Program-made: the position numbers and the translations under genes
Virus record (IMG/VR): IMGVR_UViG_3300020045_003500
Coordinates: 1 to 40,359 of that record
DNA length: 40,359 bases
From: a virus
Lineage: Duplodnaviria; Caudoviricetes
Direction: 5' to 3' (one strand)
Shown here: piece after piece, positions 9,528 through 19,112 of the stretch
Layout of the letters: the number at the start of each line of letters is the position of its first letter
Position numbering within the stretch: the first letter of the stretch is position 1
The notes under the pieces: generated by a model
Databases searched by the model: none
What the model saw: the letters and a program-made list of their open reading frames with translations, nothing else
Told to the model about the DNA's origin: nothing

Positions 9528-11438
9528 TTATGGTCCTGTATCTGCGTTCGCTGTCGGTACTTGAGAGAGGATCGACCCACCTTTTTTCTTGGATCCCCCT
9601 CGCATCTCCATTTTCATTCCTTCACGTTCCATAGTCTGACTGTGTGATTGAGTAGATTTGTGTTCATTTACCGCTAGTTCCGCTGCCGCAGCTGCCGATT
9701 TCATTTGCATCGCTTGTTGAACTTGTGGGTTATTAGGATACATAAGTTCTGGCACGTTGGCTTCTAACCACACGTTAGCGGCCATTTCTTCATAGTTAGG
9801 AAACTCGAATATCTTTAATAGGTCTTTGGTAGCAATTCTATTAAGTTTAGCGAGTTCAAGAGCTTCATTCCTAATTGTTAGATTATCTTTAGGTAGTAAC
9901 GAGCCTTCCTTGACAGATATCTTTATTTTAGGTGGAACGGCGCCAGCTACAAATTGGAATCCTGTATCGTATACGTATAAGAGTTGAACGAGTTGGTTAT
10001 AAATTCTATCAGCAAATTGTTCAAGGTACTCGGAGACGCCCCCATTGCGATCAGCATCTAAGCCTGTACTTAATATCTTACCACGGACTGTATCTTCTGT
10101 AGCAAGACCCGCTTGTGAGCGACCCTTGATTCCGAATATATCTCTAATTCTTTCACGAGTGTCGTTTCTGTCGTTATAAACGTCAGATGGTAAACCTGTA
10201 GGCGAGTACTGGTCAATAGCTTCTCTCGGTGATCCCGATGGTATCGCTACAACACCGCCTTTTCTTAGGGCCTCGCTTACTCCTTTAGCTTGTCCTTGAG
10301 TTAAACCCGATCGTTCCAATGAGACCACAAGGCCACCATTCATGCGATCAGCATTTTTGTCTATCTGTTTGTTTCTCTTGTTGATTCGGTCTTGATTAGA
10401 TAGATTCTGATTTATTAAAGAAGTCTTATCCATCGGTTGTTGGCCGAGGTTAAAGATAGACATAAACTCAAATGGCATCCTCGGAGTAGTAAAATGATTG
10501 ATACCTTTTACTGGTTCTGCCTGCGATGGAGATTCATTCCCGTAATCATCTACTGAGGTTGTAGGTTCTGATTCTTGGTCGTAGTTCCAATGCGGATTTT
10601 TCTTCTTCAGCAGAATAGTCTTACCAAGTTTCCAGCACATGTATTCTGGAGTCCACCATTCAATGAACTGCATCTCAGTTCCTAAATCATTTTTAACTTT
10701 AGCATTTATAGCTTCTATAGCTTTAACATTTTCTGGAGTGTCTCCGATTATTTTAATAACCTTAGCGGCTTCCATTTTTCGATACTCACCGACACGGTTA
10801 CCATTATATCCATCCTCGTCTACTGTTGCTTCTGGATCTAATATAACTTTCTGCGGTCTTATAATTCTTACAATAGGAATTTGTCGATCTAAATCGTATC
10901 CGAACTTAGCAACACCTAATTGATAAATAATCCAATGTCGCCCAGCTTTTTGTAATTTGAGGCGGATCGTATTTTCATCTGCAAGATCTATTAAACGGCC
11001 TTTGACTTTAGCGACATATGCTGTTTGTACTGGCGTTTCATTCCCCTGTGCATCAAGTTCCGATTTATCAATACTCACAAGCGGCTCTGGGTTACGCCTT
11101 GTAGCCATCGGCAAATAAGTTTCTACTCCTTCAAATATAATATTATCAACGTTCGGTCGTGTCTTATCGGCTGCAGGCAAATCAAATTGCTTGCCTAACC
11201 AATACTTCTCGTTTTCTTCTATTTGTTTTATCCAACTCTGTTTGGCATCAGAGTCGTTCCAAGATTTTTCCCACTTTTCGGTGAGTTTAATAATCTCGTC
11301 ATCAGATAAATCAAGTGTAAGCTCTGGAAGTTTCTCAGAGACTACACCTTCTTTTGTTTCGTCAGTAATTTCACCTGGTCTTTTGTTTATATCGGACCCA
11401 AGTGATTTGTACGCTGTTACTCCTGTTTCTTCTGCCAT
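9528..11438 (-). CDS. Portal protein (P22-like)
   Basis: 636 aa directly downstream of TerL; ENEKYWLGKQ..NIIFEGVE N-terminal pattern and helical C-terminus. Confidence 0.85.
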   Translation of the reverse strand: MAEETGVTAYKSLGSDINKRPGEITDETKEGVVSEKLPELTLDLSDDEIIKLTEKWEKSWNDSDAKQSWIKQIEENEKYWLGKQFDLPAADKTRPNVDNIIFEGVETYLPMATRRNPEPLVSIDKSELDAQGNETPVQTAYVAKVKGRLIDLADENTIRLKLQKAGRHWIIYQLGVAKFGYDLDRQIPIVRIIRPQKVILDPEATVDEDGYNGNRVGEYRKMEAAKVIKIIGDTPENVKAIEAINAKVKNDLGTEMQFIEWWTPEYMCWKLGKTILLKKKNPHWNYDQESEPTTSVDDYGNESPSQAEPVKGINHFTTPRMPFEFMSIFNLGQQPMDKTSLINQNLSNQDRINKRNKQIDKNADRMNGGLVVSLERSGLTQGQAKGVSEALRKGGVVAIPSGSPREAIDQYSPTGLPSDVYNDRNDTRERIRDIFGIKGRSQAGLATEDTVRGKILSTGLDADRNGGVSEYLEQFADRIYNQLVQLLYVYDTGFQFVAGAVPPKIKISVKEGSLLPKDNLTIRNEALELAKLNRIATKDLLKIFEFPNYEEMAANVWLEANVPELMYPNNPQVQQAMQMKSAAAAAELAVNEHKSTQSHSQTMEREGMKMEMRGGSKKKGGSILSQVPTANADTGP

Positions 11439-11452
11439 TTAGTTGTGTAATT

Positions 11453-11491
11453 AAAAAGGGCTGCACGACACTTTTCTGATGTCTGCAGCCC
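11453..11491 (-). terminator. Intrinsic terminator/attenuator hairpin in the portal leader
   Basis: GGGCTGCA-GACA...TGTC-G-TGCAGCCC followed by TTTTT. Confidence 0.7.
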
Positions 11492-11532
11492 AACCTATTT
11501 CGAGATTTGGAGAGGTCTATCTACTTGACTTT

Positions 11533-11569
11533 ATTATATATTATTGGTGTTGACTTGTCCTGTGGATAA
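11533..11569 (-). promoter_or_regulatory. DnaA box plus -10 (TATAAT) upstream of portal
   Basis: TTATCCACA (11569-11561), 22 nt, TATAAT (11538-11533); no clear -35. Confidence 0.55.
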
Positions 11570-11722
11570 CTTTTCTTCCGTCTTTTTCTTGCATTTCCCA
11601 CATACGAAGAGAGGAGGTAGATCGTGTCTAGGGATAGTATATTTGGCTAATTCTTCGTTACAAGCTTCACATATCTTAGAACTCGTGGTAATTCCTTTAG
11701 GCAAACTCATCCTATACGCCAA
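11534..11722 (-). CDS. Small zinc-finger protein
   Basis: CEAC and CGKC motifs. Confidence 0.55.
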   Translation of the reverse strand: MAYRMSLPKGITTSSKICEACNEELAKYTIPRHDLPPLFVCGKCKKKTEEKLSTGQVNTNNI

Positions 11723-13380
11723 TCATCTTCTTTTTCTTCGTTCTCGTCAAGTGAGCGCTCGACTAATTTAGTAAACATTTCGTCTGGATTAAAATCTACT
11801 GTCTGATCAGGATTCACCATATAACTATTCGGTTTAGGATCTACTTGTGGCGTTATAATCATTCCCATTCCAGCAAAGCGACTCATCCCAACACGCCAGA
11901 ACACCGTTGCAAGCGCTCTATGGTCTCGACCACTACGAATCCATTTGTAACCTTTGACCGAATTAGTATCTGGATCTAGCACTTTCATTTTAGCGAGGTT
12001 GTTCCAGTCTAACCAGTACTCAAACCAATCATCCATAGTACCGTGAACTGGTATGCGTGCGTTCCTGAATTCATCCACTACAAGTTGTATCATTCGATTC
12101 CTGTCTACAATAACGGCGCCGTGTTCATCTCCTTTGCCCCATGTCATTAGCTCGTTCTTTTTTCTATCACCTGTTAAGTAGCACAAGTAGACTCTGCCTG
12201 GCCAACGTTCTGCAAATGCACGTGATCCTATTAGATCTCCACCAGCATCGATTATGGCAATTGCTTTCGGCCATCTTTTCATTTGGTTATCAATCTCTCC
12301 GTAATCGTTACAATCTCCGTGAAAGAACAATCCTTTTTTATTCCCCATTACATAATCGAGACGGAGTCCTGTATCAATTCCAATAACAACTCTTTCATCA
12401 TCTGTTGGCGCCCATGCGGTATTTGTTAAGTTCTTAAAGAAGCTGTCACGTAAGAGTTTTGACGATTCATCAGCATACGGGAGACCTAATATCTTAGTGT
12501 AAAAGAACTCTAAGGTCGTATCTTTATTTTGATACTTAGCGATAATATCTGCAGCCGATACCCACGGTGCGATTAGCAACGGGACCCAGTAACCACTAAT
12601 CTTCTTACTTTTATCTTTAGCAACCCATTGCCCGTTTCTTCTTACATAATCTGGTAATACTTTGCGACACTTCTTGCAGATATAGGTTTTGTTTTCTATA
12701 TCGATAGACATCTTCGCAGGATTCTCTGTATCCCAGCTTAGATATTGCCAAGTCTCACAATGAGGACATTTTATAAACCAATGCTTTTGATCGCTTTGTA
12801 GCCAGTCGGCATGTATGCCTGTTTCTGGTAGCGAAGGATGGCTGAACGTATGGACCTGCTTAAACTTAGAATGTTGCAAGCGAGCTTGGTAGTCTGCGAT
12901 AACATCTAACTTAGAACTATCTTTCTCATCGTGAACAAGTCGGTCGGCAGTAACCATGATAGCGGCTTTCTTAGTAAAAGTTCCTCTGAAGTAAATCATA
13001 GAGTTGCCGACTTGTTTCTGCTCGATGGAGTCTTTATCAGCCACATCGTTAATCATCGACTTGTTATTGGCGATAATACGGTTGACTTTACCACCTACGA
13101 ACACACGCACGTCTTGGTCAGTCGGTAAAGTATAAATTATATCCATCTTATACTGCTTGGCATCGTTATGATTTTTAAGGATCTCTAGGGTTGATAGGCC
13201 AATCTGTGCTGCTTTCATAACGCACATTAGTTGGGATTGGTCAGCGTATATATCAAATAAGAACGGATGCGAGTCGAATTCTATTCTGTCTCCCTTCTCG
13301 TTCTTTATATCGTTTTCAATAAGCCATTCGTGGATATCCTGATACGTGGATGTTTTGTCGTTAAGGAATTGTAGTGTCAT
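11707..13380 (-). CDS. Terminase large subunit (lambda GpA-like)
   Basis: MKAAQIGLS Walker A-like, HDE Walker B-like, CPHC/CKKC zinc ribbon, IGID nuclease motif. Confidence 0.92.
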   Translation of the reverse strand: MTLQFLNDKTSTYQDIHEWLIENDIKNEKGDRIEFDSHPFLFDIYADQSQLMCVMKAAQIGLSTLEILKNHNDAKQYKMDIIYTLPTDQDVRVFVGGKVNRIIANNKSMINDVADKDSIEQKQVGNSMIYFRGTFTKKAAIMVTADRLVHDEKDSSKLDVIADYQARLQHSKFKQVHTFSHPSLPETGIHADWLQSDQKHWFIKCPHCETWQYLSWDTENPAKMSIDIENKTYICKKCRKVLPDYVRRNGQWVAKDKSKKISGYWVPLLIAPWVSAADIIAKYQNKDTTLEFFYTKILGLPYADESSKLLRDSFFKNLTNTAWAPTDDERVVIGIDTGLRLDYVMGNKKGLFFHGDCNDYGEIDNQMKRWPKAIAIIDAGGDLIGSRAFAERWPGRVYLCYLTGDRKKNELMTWGKGDEHGAVIVDRNRMIQLVVDEFRNARIPVHGTMDDWFEYWLDWNNLAKMKVLDPDTNSVKGYKWIRSGRDHRALATVFWRVGMSRFAGMGMIITPQVDPKPNSYMVNPDQTVDFNPDEMFTKLVERSLDENEEKEDDWRIG

Positions 13381-13603
13381 TCTTGTAGTATGATACTTCT
13401 CCAAAGTCTTTAACTACAACAACACGACCGTCTGCGTATAATTTCCTGACGTGACCACAGTAGGCACACACGACAACGGCATGGATAGAGTTATCTACTG
13501 CCTCGTAACTGTTCGAGTAAGTACCCATTGTGGTTGATAAATTTGACCGTGAGTAGTCTACATCTGTCTTTACTAAGAACAATATGTGATTGCAGTTATT
13601 CAT
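13361..13603 (-). CDS. Hypothetical protein (C.H / CAYC metal-binding)
   Basis: ATGA-coupled to the upstream gene. Confidence 0.5.
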   Translation of the reverse strand: MNNCNHILFLVKTDVDYSRSNLSTTMGTYSNSYEAVDNSIHAVVVCAYCGHVRKLYADGRVVVVKDFGEVSYYKNDTTIP

Positions 13604-14010
13604 TTGTTTTTCGATTTACTTTTTATCATTTTAATTGCTCCGTTACCGTCTATCACGTTTCCGTACATTGGTCCCGATAACTGACCAGCAAGATATATCA
13701 AGAACTGATTTCTTCGGTTTCTATCTCTAACTCTTGCACACATGAAGTCGTACTGTTTGGCATAAGCCTCGGATTCTTGAGCGATGCGGAATATCGGATC
13801 GGTTAAATATCTTGCCCACCACGCATCAGGATCTAAGCCTTGCTGCTCCGAGTGAGTTTCTTCATGCTCCATCACATCTTCGGATATCTCTGTACCGCCT
13901 GGGTTATAAATCTTATCTCCGTAGGTAAATATAACTCTCGTTTCGTCTGGTCTCATACCAGCTGCAATTACTGAATCCCAAATTGGTGGCCGTTCGTTAA
14001 TTATCTTCAT
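13600..14010 (-). CDS. HExxH-motif protein (putative metallopeptidase)
   Basis: HEETH plus downstream ESEAY. Confidence 0.6.
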   Translation of the reverse strand: MKIINERPPIWDSVIAAGMRPDETRVIFTYGDKIYNPGGTEISEDVMEHEETHSEQQGLDPDAWWARYLTDPIFRIAQESEAYAKQYDFMCARVRDRNRRNQFLIYLAGQLSGPMYGNVIDGNGAIKMIKSKSKNK

Positions 14011-14039
14011 CTTTTCTTTTCTTTTATTGGGGGGGTGAG

Positions 14040-14198
14040 TTATTTTTCTTTACAATCGCTACAAATATTTTCATCAAAGTCAAAGCAATCTTGACATACT
14101 ACTCTCCCGCAATTAGTACATTCGTGGGCAACGCTGGCTTCTTTGTTAGTACAAATCGGGCAAACATCTTCGTCTTGTTTTTTCTTTTTTATATTCAT
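14040..14198 (-). CDS. 52-aa double zinc-finger microprotein (not in ORF track)
   Basis: MNIKKKKQDEDVCPICTNKEASVAHECTNCGRVVCQDCFDFDENICSDCKEK: four CxxC; ATGA-coupled. Confidence 0.7.
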   Translation of the reverse strand: MNIKKKKQDEDVCPICTNKEASVAHECTNCGRVVCQDCFDFDENICSDCKEK

Positions 14199-14350
14199 TT
14201 AGGTATTTGTTTTATTCCGTTCTTTCTCTTTTGGATTCTTCTTTTCATTTTAAGGCATATACAATTAACGTTATGATTAATGTTCTTGCCGATTACTCTT
14301 TCGCATGGATGAAGCAACGACTGTTCACGTTCAGTTAAATCACTTCTCAT
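14195..14350 (-). CDS. 51-aa basic hypothetical protein (not in ORF track)
   Basis: MRSDLTEREQSLLHPCE...IKQIPK; fills the gap after TerS. Confidence 0.45.
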   Translation of the reverse strand: MRSDLTEREQSLLHPCERVIGKNINHNVNCICLKMKRRIQKRKNGIKQIPK

Positions 14351-14846
14351 CTTTTATTTCCCCGTCTTGTTTCGCTTTTTCTATACTTCGTTTGACTAGA
14401 TTAGTTTTAAGCTTCTGATGCATCTCGGCAATAATAGCCTTATCTTCTGATGGAGTTCCGTCTCCAACGTCTCCACTATGTTCTATCTTTAGTTTTTCAC
14501 CATAAGCGGCCGATTCTTTTCTTTCTACTAACCAACGAGACATTGTTATATCTCCAGCTTCTATAATCTTGGCGATATTTAACTTAGCTCTTAATGGCAA
14601 GCGCTCCCTAAGACTAGCCAATCTCTCTTTTAATTCTGGGTTTTCGTTCATCCATCTATGATAAGTAGACGGAACGATATTGGCATAAAAACAAGTTTGC
14701 TCGATTGTAGCATCCACTCCAGCCGCTTCTTCTAATTTAGCGACAAGAATATCGTCTAATTTTGATGGTCTGCCGACATTTTTATACCTGAATTCGTGCT
14801 TTGTCGGCCTACCCCCTTTGTTCTTTTCTGGTGTAACTTCTGCCAT
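14340..14846 (-). CDS. Terminase small subunit
   Basis: GRPSKL followed by HTH-like ATIEQTCFYANIVPSTYHRW; WLVERK..YG..KIEHSG tail. Confidence 0.8.
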   Translation of the reverse strand: MAEVTPEKNKGGRPTKHEFRYKNVGRPSKLDDILVAKLEEAAGVDATIEQTCFYANIVPSTYHRWMNENPELKERLASLRERLPLRAKLNIAKIIEAGDITMSRWLVERKESAAYGEKLKIEHSGDVGDGTPSEDKAIIAEMHQKLKTNLVKRSIEKAKQDGEIKDEK

Positions 14847-15047
14847 TTATTTGTTGGTTAGACGCTTAATCAAATCATCAAATTCTTTGGCCGTTTTTTC
14901 CTCGTACTCTATACGGTCTGCCGCTTGTCTTAATGCACCAGCTGGAGTGACGTATATTGCTGGCACCGATCGTGTAGTAGAATGATCAGGCATCATTTCT
15001 CTTACCCTATTTAACAGCTCTAAATCTTTTTCTGTTATTTCAATCAT
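14847..15047 (-). CDS. Hypothetical protein
   Basis: 66 aa, abuts TerS. Confidence 0.55.
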   Translation of the reverse strand: MIEITEKDLELLNRVREMMPDHSTTRSVPAIYVTPAGALRQAADRIEYEEKTAKEFDDLIKRLTNK

Positions 15048-15049
15048 CG

Positions 15050-15076
15050 TTGTTTATATTATATCACATCCACTAA
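15050..15076 (-). promoter_or_regulatory. Putative late promoter (extended -10, TGATATAAT-ATAAACAA)
   Basis: TTAGTG-GATG-TGATATAATATAAACAA; near-copy at 38090. Confidence 0.55.
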
Positions 15077-15084
15077 TAGAAAGA

Positions 15085-16371
15085 TTAAGCCGCCCATTGA
15101 ATCTCCTCTCCGTTCTTGATAACTGTCATATCCTCTTTGTACTTGCACCATCTTGAAACTATCGCATCTACGTATTTGGGATCGAGTTCAATCATCCTTG
15201 ATTTTCTTCCTAGTTGTTCACAAGCAATCATAAGTGACCCTGATCCTGCGAACGCATCGAGAACTATATCACCTGCTTCGCTGGACCTCTTTAGCGCTCT
15301 TTCTGCTAACTGAACTGGCTTTTGTGTCGGATGAATGTATTTGTTGGTATTATCCCTTTTCTGGTAGATGATGTCCAAATTCTCTGCGAACGTTTTCTGA
15401 TCGAGTGTCCACAACTCTGAGAAGGTTGAGAACGTCATATTTTGGTAGTGTGTCTGCCCTTTCTTCCAGCCCACCATGCACGGCTCATATATTCGGTGAT
15501 AGAGTTGCCCTGGCGAGAAGATTAAGCCGTTTTTAAGCCACAAGATTATCTGACTCATGTGCCAATTAGACTCTTTGAATGCTTGCATGTTTACATCTGT
15601 TAGTCTGTTAGCGAACCACCAATAAATTGAAGCATCATCGGTTGAGAAGTCATGTAATTGTTTGAGCGATTTCTTATAGAATTCTAGCGCTTCTTCTGGT
15701 GTTTTATCATCATTAAAAATACGACCGCCTGTTCCCCCGAACTTATCGGATGAATAGCTGTACTGTTGTTTCTTCTTACCAGAATATTTGTCTGGCATCC
15801 CAGCTGACGATTGGTAGTCTATTGAATATGGAGGGTCTGTAAATATTAAACGGGCTTTTTCATCACCTAATAAGTTCTTGTATGTGTTCGCATCTTCCGA
15901 GTTTCCGCATATTATCTTGTGTTGACCTAGTTGGTAAACGTCTCCTATCTCAGTTTTTGGGACACCTACCATTGAGAGATCTGGATGATCTTCTTTGGTT
16001 TCGAGTATTAAGTCCGAGTCAAATCCTGTTAGATCTATCATTTCGAGCGAGATTTGTTTTAACTCCTCGATTACTATCTCCATATCCCAATCGGATTCAT
16101 TTAGGCGGTTATCAGCTAGTCTGTAGGATCTAGCCTTTTCTTCCGATAGGTCTACTTCAAGCGTTGGCACAAAGCTTAAACCAAGTAATTGAGCTGCGAT
16201 ATAACGACCGTGTCCGACAATAATCACACCATTCTTGTCAACTACAATCGGTTGGTTAAATCCGAACTCTCTTATAGAGTCAGCTATTTTCTTGATCTGT
16301 TTATCTGGATGCGCTTTTGCGTTCTTTGCGTACGGTTCTATCTCTGCAATTGGCCGCTCGACTATATTCAT
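15085..16371 (-). CDS. ParB/Srx N-terminal domain fused to N4/N6 DNA methyltransferase
   Basis: PYAKNAKAH..FGFNQPIVVD..GHGR (ParB-N); TDPPY, HPTQKP, VLDAFAGSGS (MTase). Confidence 0.92.
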   Translation of the reverse strand: MNIVERPIAEIEPYAKNAKAHPDKQIKKIADSIREFGFNQPIVVDKNGVIIVGHGRYIAAQLLGLSFVPTLEVDLSEEKARSYRLADNRLNESDWDMEIVIEELKQISLEMIDLTGFDSDLILETKEDHPDLSMVGVPKTEIGDVYQLGQHKIICGNSEDANTYKNLLGDEKARLIFTDPPYSIDYQSSAGMPDKYSGKKKQQYSYSSDKFGGTGGRIFNDDKTPEEALEFYKKSLKQLHDFSTDDASIYWWFANRLTDVNMQAFKESNWHMSQIILWLKNGLIFSPGQLYHRIYEPCMVGWKKGQTHYQNMTFSTFSELWTLDQKTFAENLDIIYQKRDNTNKYIHPTQKPVQLAERALKRSSEAGDIVLDAFAGSGSLMIACEQLGRKSRMIELDPKYVDAIVSRWCKYKEDMTVIKNGEEIQWAA

Positions 16372-16665
16372 TTAACTAAGGTTACTTATTGCCTTGTTTA
16401 AGTCTGCGTTAGCACTTTCACTCTCTGGGTCAGCGATTTTAATGTTAACTCTGGCATCTTCTTTGATCCCCGATATTCTGAGTATGGTCCTGATAGCTTG
16501 TGCTGTTTTACCTTCCTTGCCGATTACTTGACCACGATCCTCTTTCAATGTGTAAAGAGTAAGTAATACTCCCATGTCGTCTGTTCTAGATTCTACTCTA
16601 ATTTCTTCTGGATGATCTACTAAAGCTTTAGCGATCGTTTCTAATAGTTCTTTGGATTTCTGCAT
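16372..16665 (-). CDS. khpA: KH-domain RNA-binding protein (KhpA/YlqC-like)
   Basis: IAKALVDHPEEI...GQVIGKEGKTAQAIRTIL with GxxG loop. Confidence 0.88.
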   Translation of the reverse strand: MQKSKELLETIAKALVDHPEEIRVESRTDDMGVLLTLYTLKEDRGQVIGKEGKTAQAIRTILRISGIKEDARVNIKIADPESESANADLNKAISNLS

Positions 16666-16685
16666 TTTTAATTGTTTCGTTTTTA

Positions 16686-17288
16686 TTAGTTTACTGTGAC
16701 TGTTACTTCTTCACTCACACCATTTGTCGTGAATGTGATGGTGTGGTCTCCTGATGTTTTAAACTCATAATGAAATGGATAGTAAGAAACGAATGTCTTT
16801 TTACCGTTAGGGTAAATTGGCGTTAGGTCTCCAGTTCCGACTAGCTCTTTATTTTGACTCGCATCGGTTGCTTCTACCACAACCGTTGCATCTTTCACTA
16901 CGACTCCATCTTCATTTCTAATGATGGCGCCGATTTCTATGTAGTTTAGTTCATCTACTATCTCGGGACTAGCCTGGTATGTCCTACCAAGGCCCTTGCC
17001 TCCGATCGGACTTATGATTTCTATGGTTGTCATTGATGTATTTTGTTGTCCTTGGGTTTGTATTGGTTGAGTAACGGTGATTATTGGGACATATTGGGTC
17101 GGAATGGCGATAGTTGAGTCACTTGGGGTCGTTATGCTCGACTGGTACTCAACGATGGCATCCTGGGCGATTTCTATCGAACTGTTGGCTATTTCTCTGG
17201 CAATAGGCTCGAGTGGCGTACCAACTGACGATATGAAGAATGATAGGGCGAACTGTAGTAAAGTGATAACGGATATAAAGCTTGTCAT
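16686..17288 (-). CDS. Membrane-anchored/secreted protein with Ig-like C-terminus
   Basis: Hydrophobic N-terminus, Thr/Pro linker, beta-rich end (GDHTITFTTNGVSEEVTVTV). Confidence 0.6.
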   Translation of the reverse strand: MTSFISVITLLQFALSFFISSVGTPLEPIAREIANSSIEIAQDAIVEYQSSITTPSDSTIAIPTQYVPIITVTQPIQTQGQQNTSMTTIEIISPIGGKGLGRTYQASPEIVDELNYIEIGAIIRNEDGVVVKDATVVVEATDASQNKELVGTGDLTPIYPNGKKTFVSYYPFHYEFKTSGDHTITFTTNGVSEEVTVTVN

Positions 17289-17294
17289 GTTTCA

Positions 17295-17331
17295 ATTATA
17301 GCAGGCGGTCGGTATAGTAGCAAGTGGATAA
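17295..17331 (-). promoter_or_regulatory. Sigma70 promoter with operator and DnaA box (probably leaderless transcript)
   Basis: TTATCCAC-TTGCTA-17 nt-TATAAT-6 nt-ATG. Confidence 0.75.
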
Positions 17332-18855
17332 CTATTTCTTATCTTTCTGAGATTCCACAATGATTCCCGTGCTAGTTAAGAGTATTGAAGCGATAGACAC
17401 GGCACTCTCTACTTGAGCAATCAGCACGTCTACTGGATCTATTACTCCTACTTCCATAAACTTACCGACCTCGCCAGTGACCACGTTTTGCGCTTCGTCT
17501 GGTTCAAATTCTATCTCGTCATCCATACCCATATTTTCCCTCAATTGTTTAGCTGGATATTTCAAGGCTGCGTTGAGAATCGGGCTTGATGTTTTAAGTC
17601 TAGCCAATGCAAGCCCACTTCCACAGACAACTCCGTGGTTAAAGGCGGATTTAGTCGCATTAACAGCATCTTCCACTTTGTATTTCAAAGCCTTTCTCTC
17701 ATTCTCTGTCGGAGCACCGACTTTAATAACTGCCATTGAATTGGTAAATGTAGCAAGGCGAGCCTGTAGTTCCTGTTTCGGTCCTTCCTGACTCTCAGAT
17801 TCGATGGCCATTTTAATCATATTAACCACCTTACTCATTTCCATCTTACTGCCCTTTGGACCTACGATGATTGATTCATCACGTCTGCATATAAACTTTT
17901 CCGCACGGCCTAAGTCTGAGACTTCTGCGTTCTCTAGTTTGTCTCCTTTTGCAGAACTAAATACCTTACCGCCTGTCATTAAGGCCATATCTTCAAGGAT
18001 CGTTGACCTGTTGGTCCTGTTCGGTGACACAACCGCAACCACTAAGAATTTGCCTTGCATTCTGTTAACTACAGCTGTAGCCAATGCGGAACTTTCCATA
18101 TTGTCACAGATAACCACCAACTCTCTCTTGTTCTCGGCCGCCATTTTCTCCATGATTTTTACGATATCGTTATTCTCAGTAATCCTGTAATCGGTCATCA
18201 AGATATATGGCTTCTCAAGGATCGTTTCCATCCTTTCTGGATTTGTAATCATATACGGGCTGATATAGCCAGTAGGGATTTTTATGCCACTAGACATTTC
18301 GGTCGTAGTTTCCATAGTCGGAGACTTATCAATCGTAATCATACCTTCTTTGCCTAATTTGAAATACAAATCGGATATAGTCGTAGCAATCTTTTCGTTA
18401 TCGAATGAAATAAGCGCCACCTTTTTAAGATCCTCTTTGGTCTTTATAGGTTTGGCGCTTTTTATTAATTTTGACTTAACTTCTTCCAACCCCCTTAGTA
18501 ACTCAAGCTCTACTTTGTGACCATCGAATCTGCTTTTGCGGCTAACTTCGTTGATTATTGACTCAAGCATTAGCAATGCACCAGTCGTGCCGTCACCAAC
18601 TCTATCGTTAGTCTTAATCGCTGCTTCTCTGATGATGCTCACAATAGCGTTCTCGGCTGGATCTGATAACTCAAAGTCTCTAGCAATCTGCACACCGTCA
18701 TCTACAACCATTTTATATGGGTTCTTAGATATGATTACTTTGTTGGCCGCTGGCCCGAATGTAGGCTTTATAAAACTCACAATCTTGTTAACGGCCGACT
18801 TAATCGTATCAAACGTCTTATCGTGTACTATCCTGATTTCTGTTTCGTTCGTCAT
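17332..18855 (-). CDS. groL: Chaperonin GroEL (divergent)
   Basis: PTFGP, DDGVQIAR, VGDGTT, GYISPY, AVIKVGA.TE.E, VEDAV.AT, GVIDP. Confidence 0.95.
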   Translation of the reverse strand: MTNETEIRIVHDKTFDTIKSAVNKIVSFIKPTFGPAANKVIISKNPYKMVVDDGVQIARDFELSDPAENAIVSIIREAAIKTNDRVGDGTTGALLMLESIINEVSRKSRFDGHKVELELLRGLEEVKSKLIKSAKPIKTKEDLKKVALISFDNEKIATTISDLYFKLGKEGMITIDKSPTMETTTEMSSGIKIPTGYISPYMITNPERMETILEKPYILMTDYRITENNDIVKIMEKMAAENKRELVVICDNMESSALATAVVNRMQGKFLVVAVVSPNRTNRSTILEDMALMTGGKVFSSAKGDKLENAEVSDLGRAEKFICRRDESIIVGPKGSKMEMSKVVNMIKMAIESESQEGPKQELQARLATFTNSMAVIKVGAPTENERKALKYKVEDAVNATKSAFNHGVVCGSGLALARLKTSSPILNAALKYPAKQLRENMGMDDEIEFEPDEAQNVVTGEVGKFMEVGVIDPVDVLIAQVESAVSIASILLTSTGIIVESQKDKK

Positions 18856-19112
18856 ATTCTTATTATTGTTTGTTCTGGTTGATAAATTCTTTTGTAAATT
18901 CTCTTTGTGACTCCATTCTTTTGAGCGAAGTTACGGACATGGTCTTTCAGGTACTCGGTATTCTTCACTCTGCCTCGGTAGCCTTTATTGTATCGCTTGT
19001 GTACTCCGCATATTAAGCACTTTTCGTGTTTAGCACGTGGCGTGTCGTGAATAACTTCCATCTGATGTGGTATACCTCGGTACCTACATCCTAAGTCTCC
19101 CGTGTACCTCAT
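18852..19112 (-). CDS. Basic hypothetical protein, possible zinc binder
   Basis: C..H..CLIC; coupled to both groES and groEL. Confidence 0.55.
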   Translation of the reverse strand: MRYTGDLGCRYRGIPHQMEVIHDTPRAKHEKCLICGVHKRYNKGYRGRVKNTEYLKDHVRNFAQKNGVTKRIYKRIYQPEQTIIRI

